A stretch of DNA of 43,339 bases from an uncultured bacterium (GTDB lineage: Bacteria; Patescibacteriota; Minisyncoccia; Phycocordibacterales; UBA9973): the NCBI GenBank assembly GCA_903907175.1, contig CAIVNB010000026.1, forward strand, positions 1-43,339, given 5' to 3'. The notes beneath the pieces are model-generated. The model was not told where the DNA came from. It saw nothing but the letters and a program-made list of their open reading frames with translations, and did no database searches. The translations under genes and the position numbers were made by a program. This document shows, one piece after another, positions 25,079 to 35,490 of this stretch. Each line of letters opens with the position of its first letter. Position 1 is the stretch's first letter.

Positions 25079-26320
25079 ATGAAGAAAATATTTGTTTTTA
25101 GTATTTTTTTAATATTAATAAGTTTTAGTATTTCTACTACAAAAGTTGCAAATGCCGTTTTGGCACCTTCGGTAATTTATACATATAAGTCATCATTGCA
25201 AGATATTTCTTGTACTGGTAATAATTGTGTTGCTGTTGGGAATAATGTGATATTACAATCAGTTAACAAGGGAGTAACATGGAAAATTGTATTATCAAAA
25301 AAAATATCATCTCCAAATGATGGTTCAAATTTAATGGATGTTGATTGTATATCAACCACTTGTGTTGCAGTAGGAGGAGGGGCAACTATAGTAAAAAGTT
25401 CTGATGGTGGTAAAAATTGGAAAATTATTGATAATTTTTTGGTCGCATTAAATGCAAATTCTTTTACTAGTTCCATCTCTGGAGTTAGTTGTATTGATAA
25501 AAATATATGTTATGCCATCGGTAAAAATTTTCATAACGGAGGTGACCTTACGAAATTCAGCAGTGCATTTGGGACAGTTATATTAAAAACAACAGATGGT
25601 GGATTGACTTGGAATGCTAATAAAATTGAAAAAGCAGTATTTAATTATCCCTTGCCAAGTCTTTTGCCGACTCTTGATTCTAGTAGGTTTGAATTAAAAT
25701 ATACGATTAATGATGAATTTCCACTTCACTTTATTAAAAAAATATTATGTAAAAATGAAATGGAATGTTTTGGCATAGGTGCACAAAGATCAATATTTCA
25801 TACCACTGATGGTTGGAAAACTGCTACACTACAACAATTTAAAATCGATGATCCTGTAAAAGTTTTAACCAATGGAGCCAATGATTTTAACAGTTCTGCA
25901 TATGTAGTAGATGGAAATATCGTGAATACTCCACAAAAAGTGGCTCGCTATGATTTTTCAGGTATTAGTTTTACCGGAGACGGAGGAGTAATAGTTGAAG
26001 ATATGGGTGATGGTACTCATTATATTTTTAAATCAACAGATAATGGCAATACTTGGAACAGTATAAATACTCCACTAACTTCATCTGCTAGAAATAGTGG
26101 AGGAAGAATTTCTTGTGTTGGTTCTACTTGCGTTATCGTTGCCCAAAATTTATCTGCAAAAAAAGTAGATATTCTCACAAGTTTGGATAATGGTAATATT
26201 TGGAAAGCAACGGCATTTAAAAAAGTAACTTCTATAGAAGGAACATCTTGTATAGATTCAAATAATTGTTTTGCTGTTGGAGATACAATTCCCAAAGGAG
26301 TAGTCATAAAAGTTAAATAA
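25079..26320 (+). CDS. Secreted BNR/Asp-box (Ycf48/sialidase-like) beta-propeller protein
   Basis: Signal peptide. Six S/T-x-D-x-G-x-T/N-W boxes (SSDGGKNW, TTDGGLTW, STDNGNTW, SLDNGNIW and others). Confidence 0.7.
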   Translation: MKKIFVFSIFLILISFSISTTKVANAVLAPSVIYTYKSSLQDISCTGNNCVAVGNNVILQSVNKGVTWKIVLSKKISSPNDGSNLMDVDCISTTCVAVGGGATIVKSSDGGKNWKIIDNFLVALNANSFTSSISGVSCIDKNICYAIGKNFHNGGDLTKFSSAFGTVILKTTDGGLTWNANKIEKAVFNYPLPSLLPTLDSSRFELKYTINDEFPLHFIKKILCKNEMECFGIGAQRSIFHTTDGWKTATLQQFKIDDPVKVLTNGANDFNSSAYVVDGNIVNTPQKVARYDFSGISFTGDGGVIVEDMGDGTHYIFKSTDNGNTWNSINTPLTSSARNSGGRISCVGSTCVIVAQNLSAKKVDILTSLDNGNIWKATAFKKVTSIEGTSCIDSNNCFAVGDTIPKGVVIKVK

Positions 26321-26463
26321 CCTAAGTACAGTTATGTGCTTAGGACACTTGCTCAAGCATCGTCATATATATTGAGTTCTTATTATAATGGGAGCATTTT
26401 TAGTTGGTGAAAGTCAGTTTTTTTATTTTAGTAGAAATCTTAACTCGTGATATAATTATTTGT

Positions 26464-27012
26464 ATGGAAAAATTAAAGTTCATTTTATTTTCAATTATTG
26501 TCTTGGTGATACTAGGGCTCGTGGGGTATTGGGCTTTCACTACGATACAAACAGGTGCTGATTTTTCAAAAAATCAAAAAATAAAACAACTTCAAACTGA
26601 AAATGAAAATTTAAATAAAGAGTTAAAAAATTTAAATGATGAACTCGGTATCTTAAAGTCCAAAGTAGAAGAACCTGCTCCAGTTGTTGTGGACAATACA
26701 ATTCCTCAGACAGAAAAAAAACCACCTTCTTCAATTTCTACATATAAATATCAAAGTTTTATAGATGATTTACAAAAACTTGTGGATGGTAACATTTCTA
26801 TGAAACTAAAATCTAGTGGTACGAGAGTGGGTACTTTGCAAGATTTTCTAAATATTTATAACAATACTTCAAATAAGATTGACAATGATTATGGTGTTAG
26901 TACTCAAAAAGCCATAATAGCTTTTCAAAAAGCTCAAGGGTTAAAAGCTGATGGTGAGGCTGGGGTAAGTACTTTCAAAAAAATGATTGACTGGCTTAAG
27001 AAACAAAACTAG
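26464..27012 (+). CDS. Membrane-anchored coiled-coil protein with a C-terminal peptidoglycan-binding (PG_binding_1) domain
   Basis: TM helix near the N-terminus. YGVSTQKAIIAFQKAQGLKADGEAGVSTF. The ATG at 26464 is preferred. Confidence 0.65.
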   Translation: MEKLKFILFSIIVLVILGLVGYWAFTTIQTGADFSKNQKIKQLQTENENLNKELKNLNDELGILKSKVEEPAPVVVDNTIPQTEKKPPSSISTYKYQSFIDDLQKLVDGNISMKLKSSGTRVGTLQDFLNIYNNTSNKIDNDYGVSTQKAIIAFQKAQGLKADGEAGVSTFKKMIDWLKKQN

Positions 27013-27050
27013 TTTTTATGGGTTTATTATTAAAGTGATATAATATATTT

Positions 27051-27488
27051 ATGAATAAACAAAAAATTGTTTACATGGTGCTTCGTTTTGTTATGGGTTT
27101 TATTTTTCTCTGGGCGTTTTTTGATAAAATTTTTGGTTTAGGATTTTCGACAACACCTGATAAATCATGGATCAATGGAGTTTCTCCAACCGCAGGCTTT
27201 CTTTCTTTTGCTACAAAAGGTCCTTTTACTGGGATTTTCCATGCTCTTGCAGGTGTGGCTATTGTTGATTGGTTGTTTATGCTCGGACTTCTTTTTATTG
27301 GATTAACTTTAGTGTTTAATAAATATATAAAATGGGGGTGTATTGCTGGATGTGTGATGTTGTTCTTTATGTATTTGTCCTTAATGCTTCCAGCGAACAA
27401 TCCAATTATTGACGAACATATTGTATATATCCTAGTTTTAATACTTATTGCATTAAGAAGTGAAGAACAACAGAAAGTCTCTAGTTAA
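27051..27488 (+). CDS. DoxX-like membrane protein
   Basis: 145 aa, 4 TM helices, N-terminal RFVMGFIFLWAFFDK. Confidence 0.5.
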   Translation: MNKQKIVYMVLRFVMGFIFLWAFFDKIFGLGFSTTPDKSWINGVSPTAGFLSFATKGPFTGIFHALAGVAIVDWLFMLGLLFIGLTLVFNKYIKWGCIAGCVMLFFMYLSLMLPANNPIIDEHIVYILVLILIALRSEEQQKVSS

Positions 27489-27546
27489 GGATTAAAAGAG
27501 AATGCTTTATCCTATTTTTATTTTTTAAGCGTGGTATAATTTAAAT

Positions 27547-28932
27547 ATGTTTAATTTTATTTCCTTAAATCTAAAAAAGGGAATTAATAAAATAGCTAGT
27601 AATCCTCAATTAATTTATACAATAGTTGTAGCGGTACTTATCACTGGTGCTTTTATTTTCATGGCCAATAGGTTTATAAGTATTGCTAATAACGCAGAAG
27701 AGCGTCTGATAAATGTACGTATTGGATCTTTGCAAGATGCTTTTGTCTCTTTTGCTCCTGATAAAATGGATGATTCAGCATATCTAAATCAGAAAATTAA
27801 GGATATTGTAAATACAAATGAAACTATAAGGAGCTTTAAAGTTGTTGTAAAAAATATAATCATTGATTCTGGTTCAGGAACAGCAGTACCTTCATATGTG
27901 ATTATTGCTTCAAACAATCCAAAGGAGATTGACAAAGTAGATGTTCAAGATTCATTCTTGTATACGTTAGCAACAAGCGATCCATCTAATTCCATGACTA
28001 TATCTCTCAACGAAAATGGTGAACGCTTATTTAGGACGGCTAGAGCTATTACTGACAACCTGGGTAATAATCTTGGGGTTGTAATGACCACACAGACTTT
28101 GTCTTTGGCTGACATGGCCATACAGGGAAGTATTGATAATAGTAAAATCTTACTTTTTGTAGTTATTGTGCTCATTCTCTTTTTATTTTTACGGCACTCG
28201 AAAATAATAGATTACATGGATTTATACAAGAGGTTAAAAGAGGTTGATCAATTAAAAGATGATTTCATTTCTATGGCTTCACATGAATTACGAACCCCAC
28301 TTACAATTATTCGAGGATATGCGGAATTTATAAATGAAGCGCCTGAGCTTTCTCTTCAGACGAAGGGGTTTGTATCAAAAATAGATATATCAACCAAAGA
28401 ACTCGATTCCTTGGTTGCTGATATTTTGGATGTTTCCAGAATTGAACAAGGGAGAATGCAATTTAAAATGGAAAGGTTAAATCCAACAGAAATGATAGAA
28501 AAGGTTGTAACTTCTTTTGGAATAACTGCAAAAGAAAAAGGATTAAATATTTCTTTTGATAAATCAAAAATAGAAGCTAGCCAATATATAAATATTGATC
28601 CAAAATCATTACAACAAATTCTAGTCAACCTAATAGGGAATGCTGTCAAATATACAGTAAAAGGGGAAGTCGTTGTTAAGCAATATAAAGAAAAAGAACA
28701 TTTATACATAAGGGTTGTAGATACAGGGCTTGGAATGAGCGAAGAAGAGAGGGTAAGGTTATTTGAAAAGTTTTATCGTATAAAAAATAAAGATACTGAG
28801 GAAATAAGAGGTACTGGATTGGGTTTATGGATAACAGCTCAGATGATAAAACAAATGAATGGTATAATATCTGTAGAATCTATAAAGGGAGTCGGTTCAC
28901 ATTTTGTAGTATCTTTTCCAATAATTAGTTAA
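27547..28932 (+). CDS. Sensor histidine kinase (2 TM helices and a periplasmic-type sensor domain)
   Basis: H-box SHELRTPLT, N-box LIGNAVKYT, G-boxes DTGLGM and GTGLGL. Confidence 0.85.
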   Translation: MFNFISLNLKKGINKIASNPQLIYTIVVAVLITGAFIFMANRFISIANNAEERLINVRIGSLQDAFVSFAPDKMDDSAYLNQKIKDIVNTNETIRSFKVVVKNIIIDSGSGTAVPSYVIIASNNPKEIDKVDVQDSFLYTLATSDPSNSMTISLNENGERLFRTARAITDNLGNNLGVVMTTQTLSLADMAIQGSIDNSKILLFVVIVLILFLFLRHSKIIDYMDLYKRLKEVDQLKDDFISMASHELRTPLTIIRGYAEFINEAPELSLQTKGFVSKIDISTKELDSLVADILDVSRIEQGRMQFKMERLNPTEMIEKVVTSFGITAKEKGLNISFDKSKIEASQYINIDPKSLQQILVNLIGNAVKYTVKGEVVVKQYKEKEHLYIRVVDTGLGMSEEERVRLFEKFYRIKNKDTEEIRGTGLGLWITAQMIKQMNGIISVESIKGVGSHFVVSFPIIS

Positions 28933-28982
28933 TTTTATTATCAATATTATTTTTTGGTTTCTTAAAAAATTAATATAATTTT

Positions 28983-31900
28983 ATGAAAAAAATTAGTTCT
29001 GAATTTTTGTCTAAGAAATTAAAGCTTTTTGAAGTTTTAATTTTCTTTTCTATTTTAATAATTATTACCATAGTTGGAAGATCAATTTTTGCAGACGATG
29101 TTCCTGCCGCTCCGACAAATTTGACTGTAAATGGAACTCCAACTTCTACGGTTGTTTCGCTCCAGTGGGTAGATAATGCAAGCAACGAAGATAGGTTTAA
29201 TATCGATAGAAAATTAAGTACAGCAACAGATTGGACTTCTGTTACTCAAATTCAGCAACCAGATGTAACTTCTTATATTGATACATATAGTTTTGTTCCT
29301 GGAACTTCTTATGATTATCGAGTTCAAGCTTGTTTGTCAGGAACGGGATGTTCTGAATATACAGTACTTACTGGAGTTCAAATTCCAGTAGCAACACCGA
29401 TTCCTCCAACAGGGTTGGTACTAAACGGTACTCCAACATCTGTAACTGTTCCACTTATGTGGTCAGAAACTTCTACCGGTATATCATTTTTTGCTGTGGA
29501 AAGAAAAGTTACTGGGGCAACTTCAGATTTCATTCAAGTCGGTGCACCGACGGGTATGGTATATATTGACCAATACGCTTTTGTTCCAGGAACTTCTTAT
29601 GACTATCGAGTGAAAGCATGCATTTCAACTACCATGTGTTCTACATATAGTAGTGTTTTAACAGTTCAAATTCCAACGTCAGGTGGTGGTGGGACGCCTA
29701 CCCCTCCAACAAACTTAACGTACGGTGCTATAACATATTCAACCGTTCCACTTACATGGTCTGAAACTTCTACTGGCATACTATATTATGTTCTTGAAAG
29801 AAAATTAACATCAGGTTCTTCGTCTTTTTTACAAGTTGGTCAGCCAACAGGAATGTCATACACTGATACATATAGTTTTGTTCCTGGAACTTCTTACGAT
29901 TACCGAGTAAAAGCTTTTAATGGTTCAAATTATTCGGCGTACAGTAGTATTCTCTCAGTTATGATTCCAGGTGGTGGCAATAATCCACCCCCACCTCCTT
30001 CAACCTTAACTTATAATACAACTGGAACTATGCCACCAGTAATTCTTAACTGGACGATGCAGTCAGGCACGGGTATGAACATGTTTAATCTCCAGAAAAG
30101 AATAACTGGCACTTCGGCATTTTCTCCTATTGCATCCCTTGGATATTCTGTTTTGACATACACAGACGCAAATGTTGTTTCTGGAACGTCTTATGATTAT
30201 CAGATAAATGCATGTATGTCTGGAAATACAAATTGCTCCGCGTTTACGCAGTTGATTGGTGTTCAAGTTCCGGGCGGAGGGGGTGGGGGCATTCCAGCTG
30301 CGCCGACAAATCTTACTGCCACAGTCAATGGGAATAATGTTATCTTAAACTGGACCGACAATTCTTCTAATGAAGCAGGGTTTAAAATTTATCGTGGCCC
30401 GACTTGGACGGATATCGGCAATGTTGGTACGAACATAACAACCTTTACTGACGTGAACCGTCCAGCTGGTACTACTTGGACATATCACATCAATGCTTTT
30501 AATTCAAATAATGTTTATTCTCCGATTTCCAACGACGTTTCGGCTACCATTCCAACCGGTGGTGGTGGAGGAGGAACTCCAGTAGCGCCAACAGGACTCA
30601 TAATAAACGGAACTGTTACTTCTACTTCTGTTCCACTTATATGGACCGATAATTCTAGCATTGAAGATAGTTTTAAAATTTATAGAAGATTGGTATGCAC
30701 TCCTTCTTGTACTTACATGTTTCTTTCTTCAACAGCTTCTAATATAGTTACTTTTAGTGACACGACTGTTTCTCCAGGATTTTTTTACGATTATCAAGTG
30801 CAAGCTTGCTTGGGAACAAATTGTTCAAGTTATATTACTTTGACAGGAGTTTCAGTCCCGACTTCTGGTAATGGTCAAAATATTCCTAATCCACCGACAG
30901 GACTTGCTCTAAATGGAACTATAACTTCTAACTCAGTTCCACTTCACTGGACAGACAACTCTAATAATGAGGATAGTTTTAAAATTGAAAAGAAAATCAC
31001 TGGGTCAACTACAAACTTTGGCTATATTGGTCAAGTTGGAACTAGTATTACTAATTTTACTGATACGGTAGTTACGCCAGGTACATCATATGACTATCGC
31101 GTACAAGCATGTTTAAATAGTGTAGGTTGTTCAACATACTCTATATTATCAGGAATCTTAGTTCCAACATCAGGAAGTGGTGGTGGAAGCGGTAGTGGCA
31201 ACATACCTCTATCTCCATCAAATCTTGTACAAGCAAATACGACAACAGGAGTAGGTATTTCTCTACAATGGACAGATAATTCTAGCAACGAAGATAAATT
31301 TAATATTGAAAGGAAATTAAGTACAGCCAGTGTTTGGTCTACCCTTATTCAAATTCAACAACCAAATGTAACTTTTTATACAGATATGTCTGTTCTAGTG
31401 AATTTATCTTATGACTATCGTGTGCAGGCTTGTTTATCTGGAACCGGTTGCTCTCCATATGTTACTTTATCGGGTGTTTTAGTTCCAAATAATAATATGA
31501 ATTTTCCGTCTGTTACAGCTCCGACCTATACTTCTGTCCTTTATACATCAGTAATTTTAGGAGCAAGTGTAACTTCTTTGGGTACTTCTGCTTTATTGTT
31601 TCGTGGGACTTGTTTGGGAACTACACCTGCTCCAACGACAAATTGTATAGACGCATCTGGCACAGGGATTGGTACATTTACACATATCAGGACAGGGTTA
31701 ACAGCAGGTACTACATATTTCTTTCGTGGTTATGCGACAAATGCAAATGGTACAGCGTACTCTCAAGATAGTACATTTACGACTCTTAATATTTCCCCAA
31801 ATATTCCAGCTGCTCCAACGAATTTAATATTAAACAATATTTCAACTCCAGCATTTATGTCCATTTACTGGACAGACAATTCTAACAACGAAGACAAATT

Positions 31901-33473
31901 TAACATAGAAAGAAAATTAAACAGTGCAAATTCATGGGCTCCTCTTTCCCAGGTTGGTTCAAATATTATTTTTTATATTGACACGACAGCTATCCCAGAT
32001 CTTTCTTATGATTATCGAGTTCAAGCTTGTCTGTCAGGAACGGGGTGTTCTAGCTATGCTTATTTATATAATAAAAAAATTATTACCACCCTTACTACAG
32101 TTCTACCAACATCGGGGACTACTGCTGTACCTTTACCTACAACAACAAATCAAATAAGTCCAAATTCTGGGGTTGCCGCTTCTGGTCCTAACCCAACACA
32201 AAATACTAATATAATTCCAAATACTCCAGCAAATAACATTCCAACAACCTTAGATACGTTACCAGTAAATAATATTGAACCAAATCCTTCTGTTTCTGTA
32301 AGCGAAGCGCCTATGCCTAGTGAAACATCTAATAAAACAGATTCTCAGGTGGATACTTCTATTTCTGCTCCTCCGACTGAAACTTCTCAAAAAATTCAAA
32401 ACCTAGGACTTGTGGTTGAGAAAATGAAAAAAACAGTAAATGATACAAAGGAGCAGTTAGAAAAAACAATTAATGAAAATGTTAATGAAATAATTAAAAC
32501 TATTGAAGCTAGGGGACAAAAAATTGATGCTGGTAAGATATATATTTTACGAGATGAACTTATTAATAAAATAGATTCAACTTTATTGTCATTGGCAGGT
32601 GCTATTACCACGGAAGACATAAATAATTTAGAAAAAGAGATTAATAAAGGAATTGATAATATAAAAACAATTGCCGTTGAAAATGCAACATCTGAAAGTG
32701 TAGCTATAACACAAATAAATAATAGTACGAGTTTCGGAGATATTACTCAAACATTAAATACATTATCTCAAACAGTAAGTACTCAAAATGAAGCACTAAA
32801 GAGTCAAGGAGGAGATCTTCTTTATAAGGATACCAACAAAGACGGAATTTCTGATTATGATTCGGTTTATGTTTATAATATGAATCCGACGACACCGTCC
32901 CCAGTTTCCAGCTATGAAGGGAAAGACATCAATGCCGGGGATAAAATTATATTAGGGTTTAATCCAGCTTTATCTGAAATAGTTAAAGTGGAAAAAGAAC
33001 AACCGGTGGAAGCTCCTGCTCCTGTCGTTTCCACTTATAAAGTGAAAGAGATGGCACTAACAGAAAAGAAGGAAGTTGTCATAAAAGGTCAGGCACTACC
33101 TAATAGTTTTGTGACGATATATATTTACAGTACGCCTATTATGGTTACTGTTAAAACAGACAGTAAGGGAGAGTGGCAATATGTTTTGAATAAAGAGTTG
33201 GAAAACGGGGATCATACTATCTACACTGCGTCGGTGAATAATTCAGGAAATATTATTGCAAAAAGTTCTGGGTATTTATTTACTAAGACAGCAGAAGCTG
33301 TGACTTTAAAAGATGCACCTCTCATAGGAGCTCCGATAGAAGCAAATAGGCCTGGATTACTGGACGGTATCAATCTTTACATAATTATTATTGCTTTTCT
33401 GGCAATAATAATATTAATTTTGATTCTTATTGGGATAAGTAATAAAAAGAATAAAGAACAAGTTGGAAATTAA
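28983..33473 (+). CDS. Giant surface protein: about 11-12 fibronectin-type-III-like repeats, a low-complexity stalk, an Ig-like domain and a C-terminal TM anchor
   Basis: Recurring ~100-aa unit P.PTNL...W.D.S.NE..F.I.R.......GTSYDYRVQAC. N-terminal signal or anchor and C-terminal IIIIAFLAIIILILILIG. Confidence 0.8.
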   Translation: MKKISSEFLSKKLKLFEVLIFFSILIIITIVGRSIFADDVPAAPTNLTVNGTPTSTVVSLQWVDNASNEDRFNIDRKLSTATDWTSVTQIQQPDVTSYIDTYSFVPGTSYDYRVQACLSGTGCSEYTVLTGVQIPVATPIPPTGLVLNGTPTSVTVPLMWSETSTGISFFAVERKVTGATSDFIQVGAPTGMVYIDQYAFVPGTSYDYRVKACISTTMCSTYSSVLTVQIPTSGGGGTPTPPTNLTYGAITYSTVPLTWSETSTGILYYVLERKLTSGSSSFLQVGQPTGMSYTDTYSFVPGTSYDYRVKAFNGSNYSAYSSILSVMIPGGGNNPPPPPSTLTYNTTGTMPPVILNWTMQSGTGMNMFNLQKRITGTSAFSPIASLGYSVLTYTDANVVSGTSYDYQINACMSGNTNCSAFTQLIGVQVPGGGGGGIPAAPTNLTATVNGNNVILNWTDNSSNEAGFKIYRGPTWTDIGNVGTNITTFTDVNRPAGTTWTYHINAFNSNNVYSPISNDVSATIPTGGGGGGTPVAPTGLIINGTVTSTSVPLIWTDNSSIEDSFKIYRRLVCTPSCTYMFLSSTASNIVTFSDTTVSPGFFYDYQVQACLGTNCSSYITLTGVSVPTSGNGQNIPNPPTGLALNGTITSNSVPLHWTDNSNNEDSFKIEKKITGSTTNFGYIGQVGTSITNFTDTVVTPGTSYDYRVQACLNSVGCSTYSILSGILVPTSGSGGGSGSGNIPLSPSNLVQANTTTGVGISLQWTDNSSNEDKFNIERKLSTASVWSTLIQIQQPNVTFYTDMSVLVNLSYDYRVQACLSGTGCSPYVTLSGVLVPNNNMNFPSVTAPTYTSVLYTSVILGASVTSLGTSALLFRGTCLGTTPAPTTNCIDASGTGIGTFTHIRTGLTAGTTYFFRGYATNANGTAYSQDSTFTTLNISPNIPAAPTNLILNNISTPAFMSIYWTDNSNNEDKFNIERKLNSANSWAPLSQVGSNIIFYIDTTAIPDLSYDYRVQACLSGTGCSSYAYLYNKKIITTLTTVLPTSGTTAVPLPTTTNQISPNSGVAASGPNPTQNTNIIPNTPANNIPTTLDTLPVNNIEPNPSVSVSEAPMPSETSNKTDSQVDTSISAPPTETSQKIQNLGLVVEKMKKTVNDTKEQLEKTINENVNEIIKTIEARGQKIDAGKIYILRDELINKIDSTLLSLAGAITTEDINNLEKEINKGIDNIKTIAVENATSESVAITQINNSTSFGDITQTLNTLSQTVSTQNEALKSQGGDLLYKDTNKDGISDYDSVYVYNMNPTTPSPVSSYEGKDINAGDKIILGFNPALSEIVKVEKEQPVEAPAPVVSTYKVKEMALTEKKEVVIKGQALPNSFVTIYIYSTPIMVTVKTDSKGEWQYVLNKELENGDHTIYTASVNNSGNIIAKSSGYLFTKTAEAVTLKDAPLIGAPIEANRPGLLDGINLYIIIIAFLAIIILILILIGISNKKNKEQVGN

Positions 33474-33506
33474 ATATATAATTTATATTTTTGATATTCT
33501 TATTTT

Positions 33507-33767
33507 TTAATGCCCAGTTCTTTTTCTTAATTCATAAGTACCATCACTATGATGAATTAAAGTAAGATCGTGGGTTACATTTAAATGATTACCGTCATGA
33601 GGAGTTTCTAGGTGACATATACCATTTAGTAGGTCTCTCTTTGATGCCTCAAAAAAAACATCTGCTTCTTCTTTACTTAATTTATTTAAATATTCAACGC
33701 CATATTTTGCAGAATCACTTCCTTCTTTTATTTTAACCTTCTTACCATGTACATCTAATTCTTCCAT
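33507..33767 (-). CDS. Hypothetical small protein (86 aa)
   Basis: ORF only. Confidence 0.35.
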   Translation of the reverse strand: MEELDVHGKKVKIKEGSDSAKYGVEYLNKLSKEEADVFFEASKRDLLNGICHLETPHDGNHLNVTHDLTLIHHSDGTYELRKRTGH

Positions 33768-33833
33768 ATAATAGTTTGTATTAAATTAATAATAAGCTAA
33801 TTATAACAAATTAACTTTTTTCAAACTAGTTGA

Positions 33834-33865
33834 TATAAAAAAAGGGAACTATTTTAAAGTTCCCT
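33834..33865 (-). terminator. Terminator for the 33870-34109 gene
   Basis: AGGGAACT / AGTTCCCT hairpin, with an A-run on the + strand (T-run on the - strand). Confidence 0.5.
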
Positions 33866-33869
33866 GAAA

Positions 33870-34109
33870 TTAAGTTTGTTTTATGTTCACTTCCATCCCC
33901 GTGGAAGTTGGATGAAATGTAATTTCCGTACCATCCTCTAAAAGGATAAGCATTTGATGAGGTTTTACCAAATTATCGAAGGTAACCAACGATCTTTTGG
34001 CCGAATGAGAGTTACCAGCAACAAGATACTCTTCAGTAGCTGTAGCGGACATGCTTATACCATCTTCACTGAGTTGGTAAAAGCATGTTTTTATCATTTT
34101 TTCCCCCAT
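33870..34109 (-). CDS. Hypothetical small protein (79 aa)
   Basis: ORF followed by a terminator. Confidence 0.4.
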   Translation of the reverse strand: MGEKMIKTCFYQLSEDGISMSATATEEYLVAGNSHSAKRSLVTFDNLVKPHQMLILLEDGTEITFHPTSTGMEVNIKQT

Positions 34110-34230
34110 GTTTATTGTATTTTTAGTTTCAGAGTCATTCTAACATAAATTTCTTATTTGACAAGTCAAGAATTGTTTTGTATTATATAAGTGAATATAA
34201 GTACTTTGAAAAAAGTTTTGGTTCTTTTTT

Positions 34231-34274
34231 GTTAATTATTCTAAGGGTCTTTGGGGATTTTTAGAATAATTAAC
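34231..34274. promoter_or_regulatory. Perfect 14-bp inverted repeat (operator or RNA hairpin) upstream of the PAS kinase
   Basis: GTTAATTATTCTAA, 16 nt, TTAGAATAATTAAC. Ends 35 nt before the ATG at 34309. Confidence 0.5.
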
Positions 34275-34308
34275 AAAATGAATTAAACCAAAAAATAATA
34301 AGAACTTT

Positions 34309-35445
34309 ATGGAAGACAAGAAAAGAATAGCGGAGCTGGAACAAGAAGTTCTAGCTTTGCGTAAAGAGGCTGAAATGCAGAAGTCTTTTTTAGAAAACGT
34401 GCAAGATGTTTTCTACTGTACAGACTTTAATACAGGAATAATCTTAGACATGGGGCCTTCTATTAAGTATTTCTCTGAATTTAACAAAGAAGAATTAATA
34501 GGAACCCCTGCTCAGGATCTATATTATGATCCAAATGAACGGGCAGCGTTACTTACTGAGGTAAGCAAAAGTGGCGAGTTAAATGATTATGAAATTAGAC
34601 TAAAAACTAAAACCACTTTTAGGTATGTATCTATTAATGCACGACTAATTCATGTCGACGGTAAACCGGACCACATAGATGGGTCAATTCGAGACATTAC
34701 AAGACGCAAAGAAGCTGAGATTATGTTGCGGGCAAAAAACGAGGAACTTATAAAAATTAATACTGAGAAAGATAAGTTATTTTCTATTATTGCCCACGAC
34801 TTGCGTGGTCCATTTAATCCAATACTTGGCTTCACTGAAATGATGGCAGAAGGTCAAATTAGCATTGATGACATGCAAAAAATTGCATTTATGGTTAATA
34901 AGAGTGCCAAAAGTTTATTTCAACTTCTTGAAAATCTTTTAGAATGGGCACGGATGCAAAGAGGGTTGGTACAATATGAACCTGTTAATGTTTTTTTTGC
35001 ACAAAAAATTAAAGGGATTGTTGAACCCCTTCTTGGATTATCAAAGCAAAAGGAAATTATGATTGATTATGTTTTTCCAGTCGAGTTGGAGTTTGTAGCG
35101 GATTTTCATATGTTGGAAGTAATAATTCGAAATTTAATATCTAATGCTATTAAATTTACACCAAAAGGAGGAAGAATTATTATTTCAGGTAAAAAAAATG
35201 ATGATGGCTGGGTTTTGATTTCAATCAAAGATTCAGGGATTGGAATGAATTCTGAAATTTTGAGTAAATTATTTGAAATTGATTCTTCATTAGGTAGAAA
35301 CAGAAAAGGAACAGATGGTGAGAATAGCTCTGGTCTTGGGTTGAATCTCTGTCATGATTTTATTGAAAAACATGGCGGAAAATTATGGGCGGAAAGCGAA
35401 GAAGGAAAGGGAAGTACCTTTTATTTTACCTTACCAGGATTTTAA
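34309..35445 (+). CDS. Cytoplasmic PAS-domain sensor histidine kinase
   Basis: No TM helix. PAS-like N-terminal half. H-box AHDLRGPFN, N-box LISNAIKFT, G-boxes DSGIGM and GLGLNL. Confidence 0.85.
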   Translation: MEDKKRIAELEQEVLALRKEAEMQKSFLENVQDVFYCTDFNTGIILDMGPSIKYFSEFNKEELIGTPAQDLYYDPNERAALLTEVSKSGELNDYEIRLKTKTTFRYVSINARLIHVDGKPDHIDGSIRDITRRKEAEIMLRAKNEELIKINTEKDKLFSIIAHDLRGPFNPILGFTEMMAEGQISIDDMQKIAFMVNKSAKSLFQLLENLLEWARMQRGLVQYEPVNVFFAQKIKGIVEPLLGLSKQKEIMIDYVFPVELEFVADFHMLEVIIRNLISNAIKFTPKGGRIIISGKKNDDGWVLISIKDSGIGMNSEILSKLFEIDSSLGRNRKGTDGENSSGLGLNLCHDFIEKHGGKLWAESEEGKGSTFYFTLPGF

Positions 35446-35458
35446 ATGTATTTGATTT

Positions 35459-35490
35459 AAGGCTGACCAAATTAGGTTGGCCTTTTTTTA
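35459..35490 (+). terminator. Rho-independent terminator
   Basis: AAGGCTGACC, loop AAATTA, GGTTGGCCTT, then TTTTT. Confidence 0.6.

Noticed and set aside
26321-26344. Hairpin CCTAAGTAC / GTGCTTAGG after the BNR gene, considered as a terminator
   Set aside because: No T-run follows it, so it is not listed as a feature.
28983-33473. Regular ~300-nt periodic repeats, considered as a possible CRISPR or satellite array
   Set aside because: The repeats are in-frame FN3 coding modules within one continuous 1496-aa ORF. There is no short repeat/spacer architecture anywhere in the window.
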